A DNA stretch of 64,000 nt from the human T2T-CHM13v2.0 reference genome, Homo sapiens: NCBI RefSeq assembly GCF_009914755.1, contig NC_060946.1; one strand, given 5' to 3'. The translations under genes and the position numbers were made by a program. Position 1 is the first letter of the stretch; the number at the start of each line of letters is the position of its first letter. Below the pieces are notes generated by a model that did no database searches, was not told the DNA's origin, and worked only from the letters and a program-made list of their open reading frames with translations. Of the stretch, positions 1-15,783 are shown piece by piece.

Positions 1-225
1 GAAACAACTAAGAACTTCTGGCTTCCATCCATGAAAGAATATCATTACAGCCCCCCTGCTAAAAAAGGTAGCTCCTAATATAGGCTAAGATCTCCTGAAA
101 TGCATGGCTTTTGAATGCTCAGGAACAAATGTCCCCCAGTCTCAGCTCTCTGTACTTTCACTAATTCTAGCAGGTTTAACCTCTATCCCCTGTTGAATGA
201 TTCCAAACCCAGATTTCACAACAAA

Positions 226-905
226 CAAGAGACAGAGAATTTTACAGCTGGAAGAGGCCTTACAGATCACCTAATCCACAGATTTTCAAACTTTGTTTAA
301 ACCAAATTACAAATACATGTGATCTGTATTATTAAAAGTATAGCTGTTTAGGTGAAGTTGGACTAGGATCTACTTTTCTCCTCAAGCAGCCCTTAAGGAA
401 ATCTGGCACTCTGTAGGACTCTTCAGAGCAGAATTTGAAAACCACTTAGCAATAAACCCCTTCAATGTCTTTTTTTTTTTTTTTTAAATGTTGTAGAGAC
501 TGAGTCTCGCTCTGTCACCCAGGCTGGAGTACAGGGATGTAATCATAACTCACTGCAGCCTCGAACTCTTGGGTTCAAGTGGTTCCCCCCACCTCAGCCT
601 TCTGAGTAGCTGGGACTACAGACACACACCACTATGCCAAGCTAATATTTTTATTTTTGGTAGAGATGGGGTCTCACTACGTTGCCCAGGCTGGTCTCCA
701 GTCTGGCCTCAAGCAATCCTCTCACCTTAGCCTCCTGAGTAGCCAAGATTTCAGGGGTGAGCTATCATGCTTGGCCCCTCAATGTCTTTAGGTGTAGAAA
801 CTAAGGACAAGAGAGTTCAACTATCTTGGCTGAAGGTCAGCCTACTAATGACCAGTGAAGGCAGGACCAGAGCCAGGTCTTCAGGACCCCAGCTGGTACC
901 CTCCT
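226..905 (-). mobile_element. MIR/MIR3 SINE relic interrupted by a hAT MITE (~279-446) and an Alu
   Basis: agaattttacagctggaagaggccttacagatc at the left end; gaaactaagg...aaggtcagc...ccaggtctt resumes after the Alu. The inner piece has Charlie-like ends (cagattttcaaac ... tttgaaaaccact). Confidence 0.5.
470..776 (-). mobile_element. AluJ-type SINE
   Basis: Poly-T followed by a dimeric Alu body ending ttggcc; TSD tcaatgtcttt at 462-472 and 779-789. Confidence 0.93.
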
Positions 906-1439
906 CATTCTGCTTTGCTGACATTCTATCAGGCCATTTCCCTGTCACCTCAAATCAAGTCCTCATTGTCTTTGCCAAGTCTCTTCTACTCTTTTGGCTT
1001 CCATAACTAATATAAGAGGCAAGTGCTGTCACTATTTCTTCCAGTCAAAAGCTCAGCATTATCATTGCCTTTTTCCTGTTCTTTGACACATTCGTTTGGC
1101 AGCCATCCAAGACCAGCTTTATTAGACTCCTGAAATTATAATGATACTAGTTTTCATTTAATTATATTTATTTTAATGCCAATTATCTATATGCAGGATC
1201 TATTTAGAATTTCTGACAGTTTTACTTTAAATAATAATTAAAAAAATTAATTTAACAATGTTAACAGATGGTATTTTAATACATTTTAAAACATAGTACT
1301 ATGCTCTTTAAAATCCCAGCCAGCTATTAGTGGCAAATTCAATGGCAAACTTAGATAACTTCAATTAAACTTTAGTAACTTTTCTAACAACTACTGATTC
1401 TGTTCCCTGCATAATAATGGACTTAGCAACCATAAGGTA

Positions 1440-1650
1440 ATACAGTGATTAAAACTGCCTAGGTTTGAATCCTGTGTCTACTGGCTACTTTCCCTTAATT
1501 AAGGAAGTTACTCTCTCTGTCTCTGTTTCCTTATCTATAAAATGGGGGTAATGATATCCACCTTATGGGCTTATTATGACCACACATTTAAAGAGCTTAG
1601 AATTGTGTCTGACACATAGCAAGTATTTAATCACTAGTAGCTATTATTAC
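1440..1650 (+). mobile_element. MIR SINE
   Basis: ggtttgaatcctg...tgtttccttatctataaaatggggg core and tagctattatta tail. Confidence 0.8.
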
Positions 1651-2334
1651 AGATAGTAAATACCAATAAAACTGAGTACATTAAGCAATTTTAAAGTCAT
1701 ATATTTATATTAATCTGTTTTGTATATTTGTTTAACATTTAAATGTACCAAATTACTGCCCTCCTTCTTCCTCATTATATTAATAAAAAATCCTAGAAAT
1801 GTCATTTCCCTTGTGTGGCATTTGTCAGTGTTCCTTTGGCACAGAAATTATTTGGGCATGCAAGCGCATAAATATTCCTTTTGGAAATCCCCAAAGAAAG
1901 GAGTCATTATGCCCAGATCTTAAAACAGAACATAATATGTTCACTGAAGAAAAATTAAATTTTTAATTAAGATCCTAAGTTACATTTTTAAATTTTTTTT
2001 TACCAATTTCCTCAGGTAATTCTGATACTAAAATTATTATTTTTTGATTTGCTTAGCATAAAAATATACAAGCTAACATTAAATATAGGTTATACTGATA
2101 GATACGATTTCTAATTACAAGTATGATCAAATTATTCATCATATTAATTTTAAATTTTTCAGTGGTATGCTTGTTTTAAATGAAAATGAATACTAAAAAT
2201 ATGTGCTAAGTTTCAAAGGAAATATGTTCAGTAACAAAAAAGAAATGATTCATGTATATTCTATTTAACATAATAAGAAAAGGTATAGGGTACAGGTTAA
2301 GGGAAGGAGGCACAGCATGAGACAGATGAGACGG

Positions 2335-2440
2335 GAGCTTCCTGATGCCAAGGGTTGTCTTATTCATCTCTGTAACTCAAGGTCTAGCAAAATGCCTGGC
2401 ACTTAGCAGGTGCTCAGCAAATACCTGAGGAATCGAATTG
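2335..2440 (+). mobile_element. L2 LINE 3' end fragment
   Basis: tgcctggcacttagcaggtgctcagcaaata, a typical L2 3' terminus. Confidence 0.7.
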
Positions 2441-2681
2441 ATAGTCATGGGACTTTAGGTCTGCGTAAGGATATAAAAGAAGAAAAGTCCATCCGTCCAA
2501 AGTAAGAATGTCAGAATGAATATGTGGTACTAATGTCTTTCAACTCCTAGTCCTCCTTAAGCAAAATTCAGTTACACAAAAATTCACTCTTGTTTATTTT
2601 TCCCTACAGCTGCAAGAATATGAAACCCATAAACACAGGCTGTTTCTGAGTTGCCATCTTGTCTGTCTACACAGAACTCAC

Positions 2682-2762
2682 GGTCCCTCAGATCTGCTCT
2701 TGTTCTTCTACCCGCTGCTCTCCACACTCTTGATCAATCTTATGAAATCTATTCCTTTTCAC
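2682..2762 (-). other. Candidate 81-nt exon of an unidentified minus-strand transcript
   Basis: Donor ACC|GTGAGT at 2681, AAG| acceptor at 2763-2764 with a weak pyrimidine tract, purine-rich body and retained CpGs. Stops occur in all three frames; phase 0 reads VKRNRFHKIDQECGEQRVEEQEQI*. Confidence 0.25.
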
Positions 2763-2975
2763 CTTTGTACCGTGCACGAGGCATGAAATGATTAAACAGG
2801 AGCTGCTATTATGTTTGTTATAACACTCTTTTTCCTAATAATTGTAATGGTATCCAAAATCATAGTCTGAGAAAATTAATACAACACAAATTCTTACTAA
2901 GTATAAATAAAATCTTTCTTAGAAAAAAAGGATCTAATAGTAAGTATGACTACTATTCATTGAGCACCAGGCATA

Positions 2976-3159
2976 CTGTATTTAATAAAATCAAAGTTGC
3001 TGTCAATTATAAGAATTTTACAATATGTACCACAAATAAAGGAAAAAATTGTTGTAATTAAATAACTACAGTATGTTTACTTACAGATTATAAGACTATC
3101 CTGATTTCAGAGATATTAAAATGTAAAAAAAAGTATATCTGAGAGTCAATGAATTATGA
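2976..3159 (-). mobile_element. TcMar-Tc2 MITE (MER104-like)
   Basis: gatttcagagatattaaaatgtaaaaaaa...gagtcaatgaattatg resembles the MER104 end; TA flanks; related copy at ~61438-61545. Confidence 0.5.
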
Positions 3160-3164
3160 TATAT

Positions 3165-3355
3165 CAGATGCTTTTTTACATTATCTCAAATACCCACAGG
3201 ATCCTCAGAAGTAAGAATTTCACCCTCATTTTGCAGATGAGGAAACAAATATTAAATGACTGGTCCAAAGTCAAATAACTAATAAACAGCAAGTTTGGGA
3301 TTTAAATCCAGGCCTACCTGACTGCAAATCTGTGCATTTCCATCATATTGCACTC
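3165..3355 (-). mobile_element. MIR SINE
   Basis: ctcattttgcagatgaggaaac core and gggatttaaatccagg. Confidence 0.8.
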
Positions 3356-3653
3356 CTTCCTCCAGAAATCCCACAAGAAAAACAAAAAATGAGAAAGAAG
3401 GCAAGGACATCTTCTCTAAAAGGACTCTATTAGCTCTATTTACAATTAAGTGCTTAGAATAGCTTAGCAAGCAAATGTTTCTAATTTGCAATTTTTTTTA
3501 AAAATGGTATTGTCAAATCCTATCACAAAATGGATATAGACTTAGAATTTTATTAAGACTAAGGAAGAAAAAATCTGCAACAATTCTATTACACTGATGT
3601 TTTTTGAGCAACATACCATTTTTTACTGCCTCCCCCACAGATATAAAAATTAC

Positions 3654-3679
3654 CTTTGGAAGACTTCAAGTTTGCCAAC
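3654..3679 (-). other. Candidate 26-nt micro-exon
   Basis: Minus strand tctctttctacacttatgggcag|GTTGGCAAACTTGAAGTCTTCCAAAG|gtaatt, in non-repetitive sequence. Confidence 0.25.
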
Positions 3680-4574
3680 CTGCCCATAAGTGTAGAAAGA
3701 GATGCATGTTATTTGATTAATAGTATCCTCAGGATTATATATAAATGCAAAGATACGGAATGAAAAGCTTTGAGAATGTTCCTAGCCTAGGTCTGGTTAA
3801 TGTGTCTGGCTTCCCTGAAAAATCCCTCAAAGCTGCATCCGAATGCCTGTAACTACAGACATTAACAGGATGGGCTATGCTTCAGGTATAAGTTTATTCC
3901 ATTCAGGGATACAGATGGTTTTCAACAGTGACACTGGGCTGTGAGTTCAGAGGACCATTTAAATGTGCCTTAGTAATACATCTGTGATGGGAGCTCTACA
4001 GGAAGAAAGAATTAGATCAACTCCTAGAATGGCAGGGCACATTTCCAGAAGGTTCCATTCAAAGTATCATGGTATTAAATAGAGACTGCTGGAAATCATG
4101 TAGTTTTACGGAAACCTCAGAAGCCTCTTTCTGAAAAACTCTGGGATTAGGAATGGTTTACTTTGCTGCTAGTAAATGGTGAAAGGAGAGGTGATGACTG
4201 GGTCAGTATTAAAGAGAGAAATCAATGGAAGGCAGAGGTGAGGTGCTGAGTGATGGTAGCTCTGATGGTGCCCCACTCCAGATGGGAGTAGGATACAGCC
4301 GTTTCCTGTTCTGCCTTCTTTCCAAGAAAGTAGCAGCACATTTTCCCCACAAAGCACACGTTATATCATTTCTAATTACACCTAATCAGCTTATTAGCTT
4401 ATTTTACCTAATTTTATAGGTCAAAACAGTGGGAGAGAGGGAATAAATAAAGAACAGGAGGGTAAATAAATCAGTTTTGTTTCCCAAATTCTAAGATTAC
4501 TCTACTGGTAGTGACTTCATTCTGTAGTTGTTTATGTGGCTGTAATATAAGAAAAATAGGTAGAAATGCTGAAC

Positions 4575-4635
4575 AGAGGAACTATCATTGAGCAAGAGTG
4601 AGAGGAACTATCATTGACCGAGGGTAAGAGGTTAA
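4575..4635. repeat. 26-bp tandem duplication (~2.3 copies)
   Basis: agaggaactatcattgagcaagagtg / agaggaactatcattgaccgagggta / agagg. Confidence 0.85.
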
Positions 4636-5409
4636 GGTTAACTTCTTATCTATAGAGAAATGCAAAATAAAGCCTGGAAAGAAGTGAAAAATACCAGTCC
4701 TAAAATACTAACCTATCAAAATAATTTGTCATAAATGTTAAAGTATGATAATTTGAATTTCATTTAAAAAACACAGAATCTTTATTTGCATTTGATGAGC
4801 TGTCAGAAAGACAGAACTTTGATTTTAACATAATTTTTGGTATAACAAAATTAAACTTCCTGAACCAATGGTAAAAGGCAGAGGCCACTATACACAACCA
4901 CTATATACTATACACACTATACACAACACTATACACTGTAGGCTCCCCTCAGAATTTGTCACTGTTTCTCAGCACATCCAGATGTGTCCAGGTGGGTTAC
5001 ATTTCCCCCAGGATGCTTCTTCCAATATCATCTCTCTAACAAGATAAATAGTAGTCCTCATACTTCTCATGGGTGCCATCAAAGGCAAACCAGAGTACAG
5101 CATTAAACACGTGTTAGGTACTTGAGAGCAATGTGGTGATTAAGTCAGCTGGGGGCATCAAGGATGTGCTTCAGGGGTTTGGTAATAAGAGTCTGGGAGA
5201 TATATTCATCATTGGATACTTAATAAAATCCTCTGCATAACAATGCCCACTGGGAATGCTAAGTAACTGGCACATACTGTGAATACCAGCTGCGTTCAAA
5301 GGCGATCAGCCTCACCACAATGGCAGAATCTAGATTTACATTGTAAGCATTCTGCTTTAAGAAACATCAAGAAAACAAATGTTTGCAAAGCAAAGTTTAT
5401 TCAGTTGAT

Positions 5410-5540
5410 GTATTCACCACTCAACAACATTGAGTGCCTACTATGTGCTAGGTCCGGGAAATATAAAAATAAACGAGACAAGGCATCTGCTCCAAACTCG
5501 CTCACAGTTTAGGCGGAGGCAGACTAGAAAAAAGTAAGTG
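5410..5540 (-). mobile_element. L2 fragment
   Basis: ttcaccactcaacaacattgagtgcctactatgtgctagg. Confidence 0.7.
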
Positions 5541-5544
5541 CAAG

Positions 5545-7250
5545 AGACTTCCAGGTAAATAGAGCAAATGGAAACCCCTAGTTTGCAACTTCTGCTAGAA
5601 ACCTCAGTAAAATAATAGTGATAAAAAAGGTTTTAAGGCTATAAGCCCATAAAAACAAAAAGACTGAAAAAGATGACAGTAGATGAAAGATATCCACAAA
5701 ATTTTGGAAGATGGAAAACAGATGGATAAATGGTAGCTAATTTAGTAGGACAGAGAAAACGGAAACCAAACTGCCTGCAAGGAAAGGTGCCAATAAAAGG
5801 CAAGCCAAGCCCAGCTGCAGGACCCTGGAAAGGAGCAGGAATTGAGGCACTAAGGGCTTCTGAAGTTCAGGGGAAGGGGTACAGGTCTGAAAACAGAGGA
5901 TAGAATATAAACTTATATAAAAAGCAACTTATATAAAAAGGACCCTAAGTCTGCTCCCCTAATCTGGCAAAAGACGGGGGCCAAGATGGGGGCCTACTGT
6001 CTGGAGATGTTTAGAGATGAAGACGGAAATGAAATGTTACACTAAAAACAGGGCCGTGGGGGGTCAGTGAAAGTCTGCATCCTGAATGGTGAGATTCTCC
6101 TCACCCAGTATCCTTCTCACATTACAAGCCCCTTTGTTCTGCTCAGTTTCCAGAATGCTGGCAGTCATGCTGGAAGCCCCTGTGGAAATTGGCCCAAAGA
6201 AAAGGTGTGCACAGACTAACATGAGGGGGATTCCCCAAATAAGAAAAAGCTCACCATCGTTTCAACCTGCATTGAAACCATCTGTGAACAAGAGCCACCC
6301 AACCACACAGAGGCACTAATTCGTTTTTAGTGCCTCACTCCTCATATGAGCAAAGATTACTAGACATTTGAGGAAAACTCTAATTTGAAAGACAGTGATC
6401 AAAATGAACAAACAGAAAAAAGGAACTCAGGGGGAAAAGAAAGGGCTGAAGAAAAAAGACCTTCAAAAAAAACCACAAAGTATTGTTGGGCACAGTAAGC
6501 GCATGCCTGTAATCCCAGCACTTTGGGAGGCTGAGGTGGGAGGATCACTTGAGGCCAGGAGTTCAAGACCATCCTGGGCAACATAGCAAGACCTCATCTC
6601 AAAAATAACAAATACATATGTATGTAAAGTCTTCAGAGACATAACATACTATAACCATGCACCTTTTGAGTGCCATACAAAAGGAACATTCAGAAAACAA
6701 GACAGAAGTCTTCAGAATTTTAAATGACAGCATAAAATAATACATGAAGTAGAACAAATCCAAGAAGAATATTACTTCAAGGGAAATAGGATTTTTTAAA
6801 AATCCAAAGAAATCCTAAGGAAGGGGGAAGAAAGATAAAATGAGAGGATCGACCCAAGCAGCCTAACATCTGACTAACACGAGTTCTATACATAGAAAAC
6901 AAAGAAAATGGTGAGGAAGAAATTATCAAAAACTTAAGAAATTTTTTCCTAGAAACTGAACACATGAGATTCTACGCAATGAAAAAAAAAAACCAAAAAG
7001 AAAAAAAAGACCTTCTGTGAAATTTCAGGTCACCAGGGACAAAGGAAAGATCTCCAAATATTCTGGTAGAATTTGGCTTCTCAACAGTAACTGAAAGGTA
7101 AAAGACAATCGATAAAATACTGTCAAAATCCTGGGAAAATGGCATTCCAATCTAGAATTCTATTCCTAGCCAAACTACCAATCAAACTTGAAGACAGAAT
7201 TGAAGCTTGAAGAAGAATTTTAATACACTTAAAGTCTCAAAAACTTTACC
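5545..7250 (+). mobile_element. Old L1M 5'/ORF1 region remnant
   Basis: A-rich; a degenerate ORF1 C-terminal signature (ctagaattctattcctagccaaacta) at ~7150. Confidence 0.65.
6486..6614 (+). mobile_element. FLAM_C-like Alu monomer
   Basis: Left-arm-only sequence ending gcaagacctcatctc plus an A-rich tail. Confidence 0.85.
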
Positions 7251-7399
7251 TATATTTTGCTAAGGCAAAAAGAGAATATTTAAAGAAAAAAAAAAGAGTG
7301 CCATCATAATTAGTCAATTAACTGAGTGTAGCACTCAGCTTTACTTTTCTTATTAGGAAGCTTAAGTAGTTTCAAAAAGATTCAACGAGTCTAGTTACT

Positions 7400-7850
7400 A
7401 CTAGAGCATTGTGCTGGGCACTTTATAAGCAACAGAAATTAAGAAGGTATTGTTATTCCCCATTTTACATTTTAGGCATAAAGAGGTGAAGTAAATGGCC
7501 CATGGTCACCATGGTCACACAGCTGAAAGGTGTCAGAGATTCAAAGCCAAGCTGGCTGTGCCCACAACCTGTTCTCTTACCTGCAGTGTGCATTCTAATA
7601 ACTTCTTAAAATATCAGTTACCATCTGCTGAGGGGGTACTTTGTGTTAAGCACTGGCCTAAACATTTTACATGTATTAATGCATTTAATCTTCACCACAA
7701 TTCTACACGACAGATAATATTTTCATCCCCACTTTATAGCAGAGGTTAAGTGACTTGCCCAAGGCCATCCAATTAGTAAGATGCAGTGCTAGGATTTGAG
7801 CCCAGTCATTCCAGCTCAAGATCTTATGCTCTGTCACCACTAGGCCACAT
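7400..7850 (-). mobile_element. Two adjacent MIR fragments
   Basis: ccccattttac...aggtgaagtaaatggcccatggtcac and aggttaagtgacttgcccaaggcc cores. Confidence 0.8.
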
Positions 7851-7944
7851 CACCTTCTCTGAAGTTATTTGGATTCCTCTAAATCTGTTTCCCTATATCT
7901 AATGATGAGTATGTATACTTCTGAATCTACCTCTGAGGTATGTT

Positions 7945-8150
7945 AGTGTAGCAAATGGTGGCCAACAAACATGTTTTATTTGGTTTACACAGTATGTTGT
8001 TTAATTAGGAAACTCACATGAAAATTCAGCTTTAGAATTTCCTTGGAAACAACAACAATAAAGTAACAACAGATCTGACAACTCTGACCCATATTCCCAC
8101 ATAGGAAAAGCCACCTAACTGAATAGTGTCTATCTCTATTAAAGATTATG
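7945..8150. mobile_element. hAT-Charlie relic (MER103-like)
   Basis: atctgacaactctgacccatattcccacat motif. Confidence 0.4.
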
Positions 8151-8728
8151 TATGCATTTTCAAGTTCCCCACGGACCCCATCACTGCCCACATCTAAACA
8201 CATTTCACTCTTCTGCAGTACTGCCTGGTTCCTTTGGGAGCTCGTGTTTTGAGGCCCCGTTCTTATTTTGGGTCTCTCCCACTCTGGGCCTCTTTTTCTC
8301 TCACCTGCATAACAGCCTCTACCCTCTCCATTCTTCTATTCTACTAATATTCCTAAACTATAGCTCTGACTATGCCAGCCCCTTGGTTCTGAACCTTTGA
8401 TGACTTCCCAGTGCATATGAATCTAACCCCTAGGCCTGGCAAATAACGATTTTCACAATATGATTCCAACCTCCTTTTTAGTATCATCTCCCTCCTCAGA
8501 ACCTAGACCTCCTGGCATATTTCTTGTTCTCTGAACATCCACCTCATTTCCTGCTTCTAGGCCATGGTTAACATTTGCGTTAAAATTTTAATTAAAAGAA
8601 ACATGTTTAAATGCAGGTTTACTTGATTCAAATTATGCTAAAGGTGCCTTCAAAAATCCTGGTTATAAAATAAATGGAGAAATAAAGAATTACCAACTAA
8701 ATAGAGATGAAAACAATTGGTTCAGAAA

Positions 8729-9175
8729 TTACACAGTTCTTGCGAATAGGAACAGCTCCAGTCTACAGCTCCCAGGGTGAGCAACACAGAAGACGGGTGA
8801 TTTCTGCATTTCCAACTGAGGTAGCGGGTTCATCTCACTAGGGAGTGTCGGACAGTGGGTGCAGGTCAGTGGGTGCAGCGCACCGAGCGTAAGCGGAGGC
8901 AGGGCGAGGCATCGCCTCACCCGGGAAGCACAAGGGGTCAGGGAATTCCCTTTCCTAGTCAAAGAAAGGGGTAACAGATGGCACCTGGAAAATCGGGTCT
9001 CTCCCACCCTAATACTGCGCTTTTCCAACGGTCTTAGCAAATGGCACAACAGGAGATTATATTCCACACCTGGCTCAGAGGGTCCTATGCCCACGGAGCC
9101 TTGCTCATTGCTAGCGCAGCAGTCTGAGATCAAATTGCAAGGTGGAAGCGAGGCTGGGGGAGGGGTGCCTGACAT
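8729..9175 (-). CDS. L1 ORF0-like antisense ORF, 148 aa, open through the whole 5'UTR
   Basis: MSGTPPPASLPPCNLISDCCASNEQGSVGIGPSEPG matches the L1 ORF0 N-terminus; ATG at 9175, stop inside the TSD. Translation is not shown by the sequence. Confidence 0.5.
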   Translation of the reverse strand: MSGTPPPASLPPCNLISDCCASNEQGSVGIGPSEPGVEYNLLLCHLLRPLEKRSIRVGETRFSRCHLLPLSLTRKGNSLTPCASRVRRCLALPPLTLGALHPLTCTHCPTLPSEMNPLPQLEMQKSPVFCVAHPGSCRLELFLFARTV

Positions 9176-9750
9176 TGCCCAGGCTTCAGAAGGAAAACAA
9201 AGCAGCCAGGAAGCTCGAACTGGGTGGAGCCCACTGCAGCTCAAGGAGGCCTGCCTGCCTCTGTAGACTCCACCTCTGGGAGCAGGGCATTGCCAAACAA
9301 AAGGCAGCAGAATCCTCTGCAGACTTGAATGACCCTGTCTGACAGCTTTGAAGAGAGTAGTGGTTCTCCCAGCACGCAGCTGGAGATCTGAGAACGGACA
9401 GACTGCCTCCTCAGGTGGGTCCCTAACCGCCGAGTAGCCTAACTGGGAGGCACCCCCCAGTAGGGGCAGACTGACACCTCACACGGCCGGGTACTCCTCT
9501 GAGACAAAACTTCCAGAGGAACGATCAGGCAGCAACATTTGCTGTTCACCAATAACCGCTGTTCTGCAGCCTCCGCTGCTGATACCCAGGCAAACAGGGT
9601 CTGGAGTGGACCTCCAGCAAACTCCAACAGACTTGCAGCTGAGGGTCCTGACTGTCAGAAGGAAAACTAACAAACGGAAAGGACATCCACACCAAAACCC
9701 CATCTGTATGTCACCATCATCAAAGACCAAAGGTAGATAAAACCACAAAG
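8742..9750 (+). promoter_or_regulatory. L1 5'UTR with internal sense promoter and antisense promoter (copy A); 5' YY1 motif absent
   Basis: Standard L1PA 5'UTR with many CpGs retained; begins downstream of the consensus CAAGATGGCCG. Confidence 0.75.
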
Positions 9751-10764
9751 ATGGGGAAAAAAAAGAGCAGAAGAACTGGAAACTCTAAAAATTAGAGTGC
9801 CTCTCCTCCTTCAAAGGAACGCAGCTCCTCACCAGTAACGGAACAAAGCTGGATGGAGAATGACTTTGACGAGTTGAGAGAAGAAGTTTTCACACGATTG
9901 GTAATAACAAACTTCTCTGAACTAAAGGAGGATGTTCGAAGAAAAGAAGCTAAAAACCTTGAGAAAAGATTGGATGAATGGCTAACTAGAATAAACAGTG
10001 TAGAGAAGACCTTAAATGACCTGATGGAGCTGAAAACCATGGCATGAGAACTACGTGACACATACACAAGCTTCAGCAGCCGACTCAATCAAGTGGAAGA
10101 AAGGGTATCAGTGATGGAAGAGCGAATGAATGAAATGAAGCAAGAAGAGAAGTTCAGAGAAAAAAAGTAAAAAGCAAGGACAACAGCCTCCAAGAAATAT
10201 GGGACTATGAGAAAAGACCAAATCTACGTCTGATTGGTGTACCTGAAAGTGACTGAGAGAATGCAAACAAGTTGGAAACCACTCTGCAGGATATTTTCCA
10301 GGAGAACTTCCCCAACCTAGCAAGGCAGGCCAACATTCAAATTCAGGAAATACACAGAACGCCACAAAGATACGCCTTGACAAGAGCAACTCCAAGACAC
10401 ATATTGTCAGATTTACCAAAGTTGAAACGAAGGAAAAAATGCTAAGGGCAGCCAGAGAGAAAGGTCGGGTTATCCACAAAGGAAGCCCATCAGACTAACA
10501 GCTGATCTCAGGACAGAAACTCTACAAGCCAGAAAAGAGTGGGGGCCAATATTCAATATTCTTAAAAGAATTTTCAACCCAGAATTTCATATCCAGCCAA
10601 ACTAAGCTTCATTAAGTGAAGGAGAAATAAAATCCTTTACAGACAAGCGAATGCTGAGAGATTTTGTCACCAGCAGGCCTGCCTTACAAGAGCTCCTGAA
10701 GGAAGCACTAAACATGGAAAGGAACAACCGGTACCAACCACTGCAAAAATATGCCAAATTGTAA
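9751..10764 (+). pseudogene. L1 ORF1p, disrupted (copy A)
   Basis: ATG GGG AAA start; MENDFDELREE...LKTMA fragment; premature TGA at 10045 and several frameshifts. Confidence 0.93.
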
Positions 10765-10827
10765 AGACCATTGATGCTAGGAAGAAACTGCATCAACTAA
10801 CGGGCAAAATAACCAGCTAACATCATA

Positions 10828-14635
<3,808 letters not shown>

Positions 14636-15152
14636 ACAATGAGAACACATGGACACAGGAAGGGAAACATCACACACCGGGGACTGTTGTGGGGTGGGGG
14701 GAGGGGAGAGGAGAGGGATAGCATTAAGAGATATACCTAATGCTAAATGACGAGTTACTGGGTGCAGCACACCAACATGGCACATGTATACATATGTAAC
14801 TAACCTGCGTGTTGTGCACATGTACCCTAAAACTTAAAGTATAATAATAATAAAAAAAGGAATAGAAATTACACAGTTCTTCAAAAACCAGATGGACAAA
14901 AAAAGACAAACATAAAAACTAGAAGCAAATGTAAGTGATTACTTCATCTCTAAAATGGGGAAGGACTTTTAAAGCCTAAAAATGATAAAAATCACAAAGA
15001 ATAAAATAAAATGATATGACTAAATAAAACTTTTAAATTTATGTCAAAAACACGAAAATATTGTTAAGAAAATTAAATGGCAAAAAAATTTCCTGAAAAA
15101 AGTATCTTCCATAAATAAGGACTGGGAGCAAGAACAGAAAATTCACTAACAG

Positions 15153-15275
15153 TGTGGGTGTGCTGGCTCACATGTGTAATCCCAGCACTTTGGGAGATTG
15201 AGGTAGGAGGATCTTTCGAGGAAAGGAGTTTGAGGCCAGTCTGTGCAACACAGCAAGACCCTGTCTTTATTTTTT
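15153..15275 (+). mobile_element. FLAM-like Alu monomer
   Basis: Left-arm monomer; exact 15-bp TSD aaaattcactaacag at 15138-15152 and 15276-15290. Confidence 0.88.
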
Positions 15276-15563
15276 AAAATTCACTAACAGAATATTTAAA
15301 AAACCCATCAAACATATGGAAAAATTCATCTTCATTAGTGATTAAGGGGTCATAAAGGAAAATAAGATTTCACTTCACCTTTCAAACAGCAAAGTGCAAA
15401 AAAGATTTTAAAAATTTCACCATGATGAAAATGGAGTGATAGAGGTACTCTCATGTACTGCTGGTAGAAATATAAACTGTTGAAGCTTTTCTGACAAACT
15501 CGTCAGAACAAATCAAAAGTCTGAAAATGTCTTTTGATGAAGTAATCTTTCTAAATTCAAAAC

Positions 15564-15783
15564 CAGGAATTTTCAACTTTGGCATTACTGAAATTTGGGG
15601 CTAGATAATTGTTGGTTGTGGGAGGCTATTCTGCGCCTTCTACGTTGTTTAGCAGCATCCCTGTCTGACCTCTAATCGATAGATGCCAGCAACACACCCC
15701 CTCAAAATTTTGACAATCAAAATGTCTCCAGACATTGCCAAATGTGCCCCAGAGGAAAAGTATTTCCCAGTTGAGAGCCATTG
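15564..15783 (+). mobile_element. MER20 (hAT-Charlie)
   Basis: tttagcagcatccctg...aaatgtctccagacattgccaaatgt...gttgagagccattg. Confidence 0.88.

Noticed and set aside
4575-4635. CRISPR-like repeat
   Set aside because: Only about two adjacent units with no true spacers, in a eukaryotic context; a simple tandem duplication.
7322-7338. Short palindromes ctgagtg-tag-cactcag and tgcaact-tc-agttgca (~19003)
   Set aside because: Stems of 7 bp are expected by chance in 64 kb, and there is no supporting context.
14690-14717. G-quadruplex motifs here and at ~32546-32567
   Set aside because: This is the standard L1PA 3'UTR G-tract, not specific to this locus.
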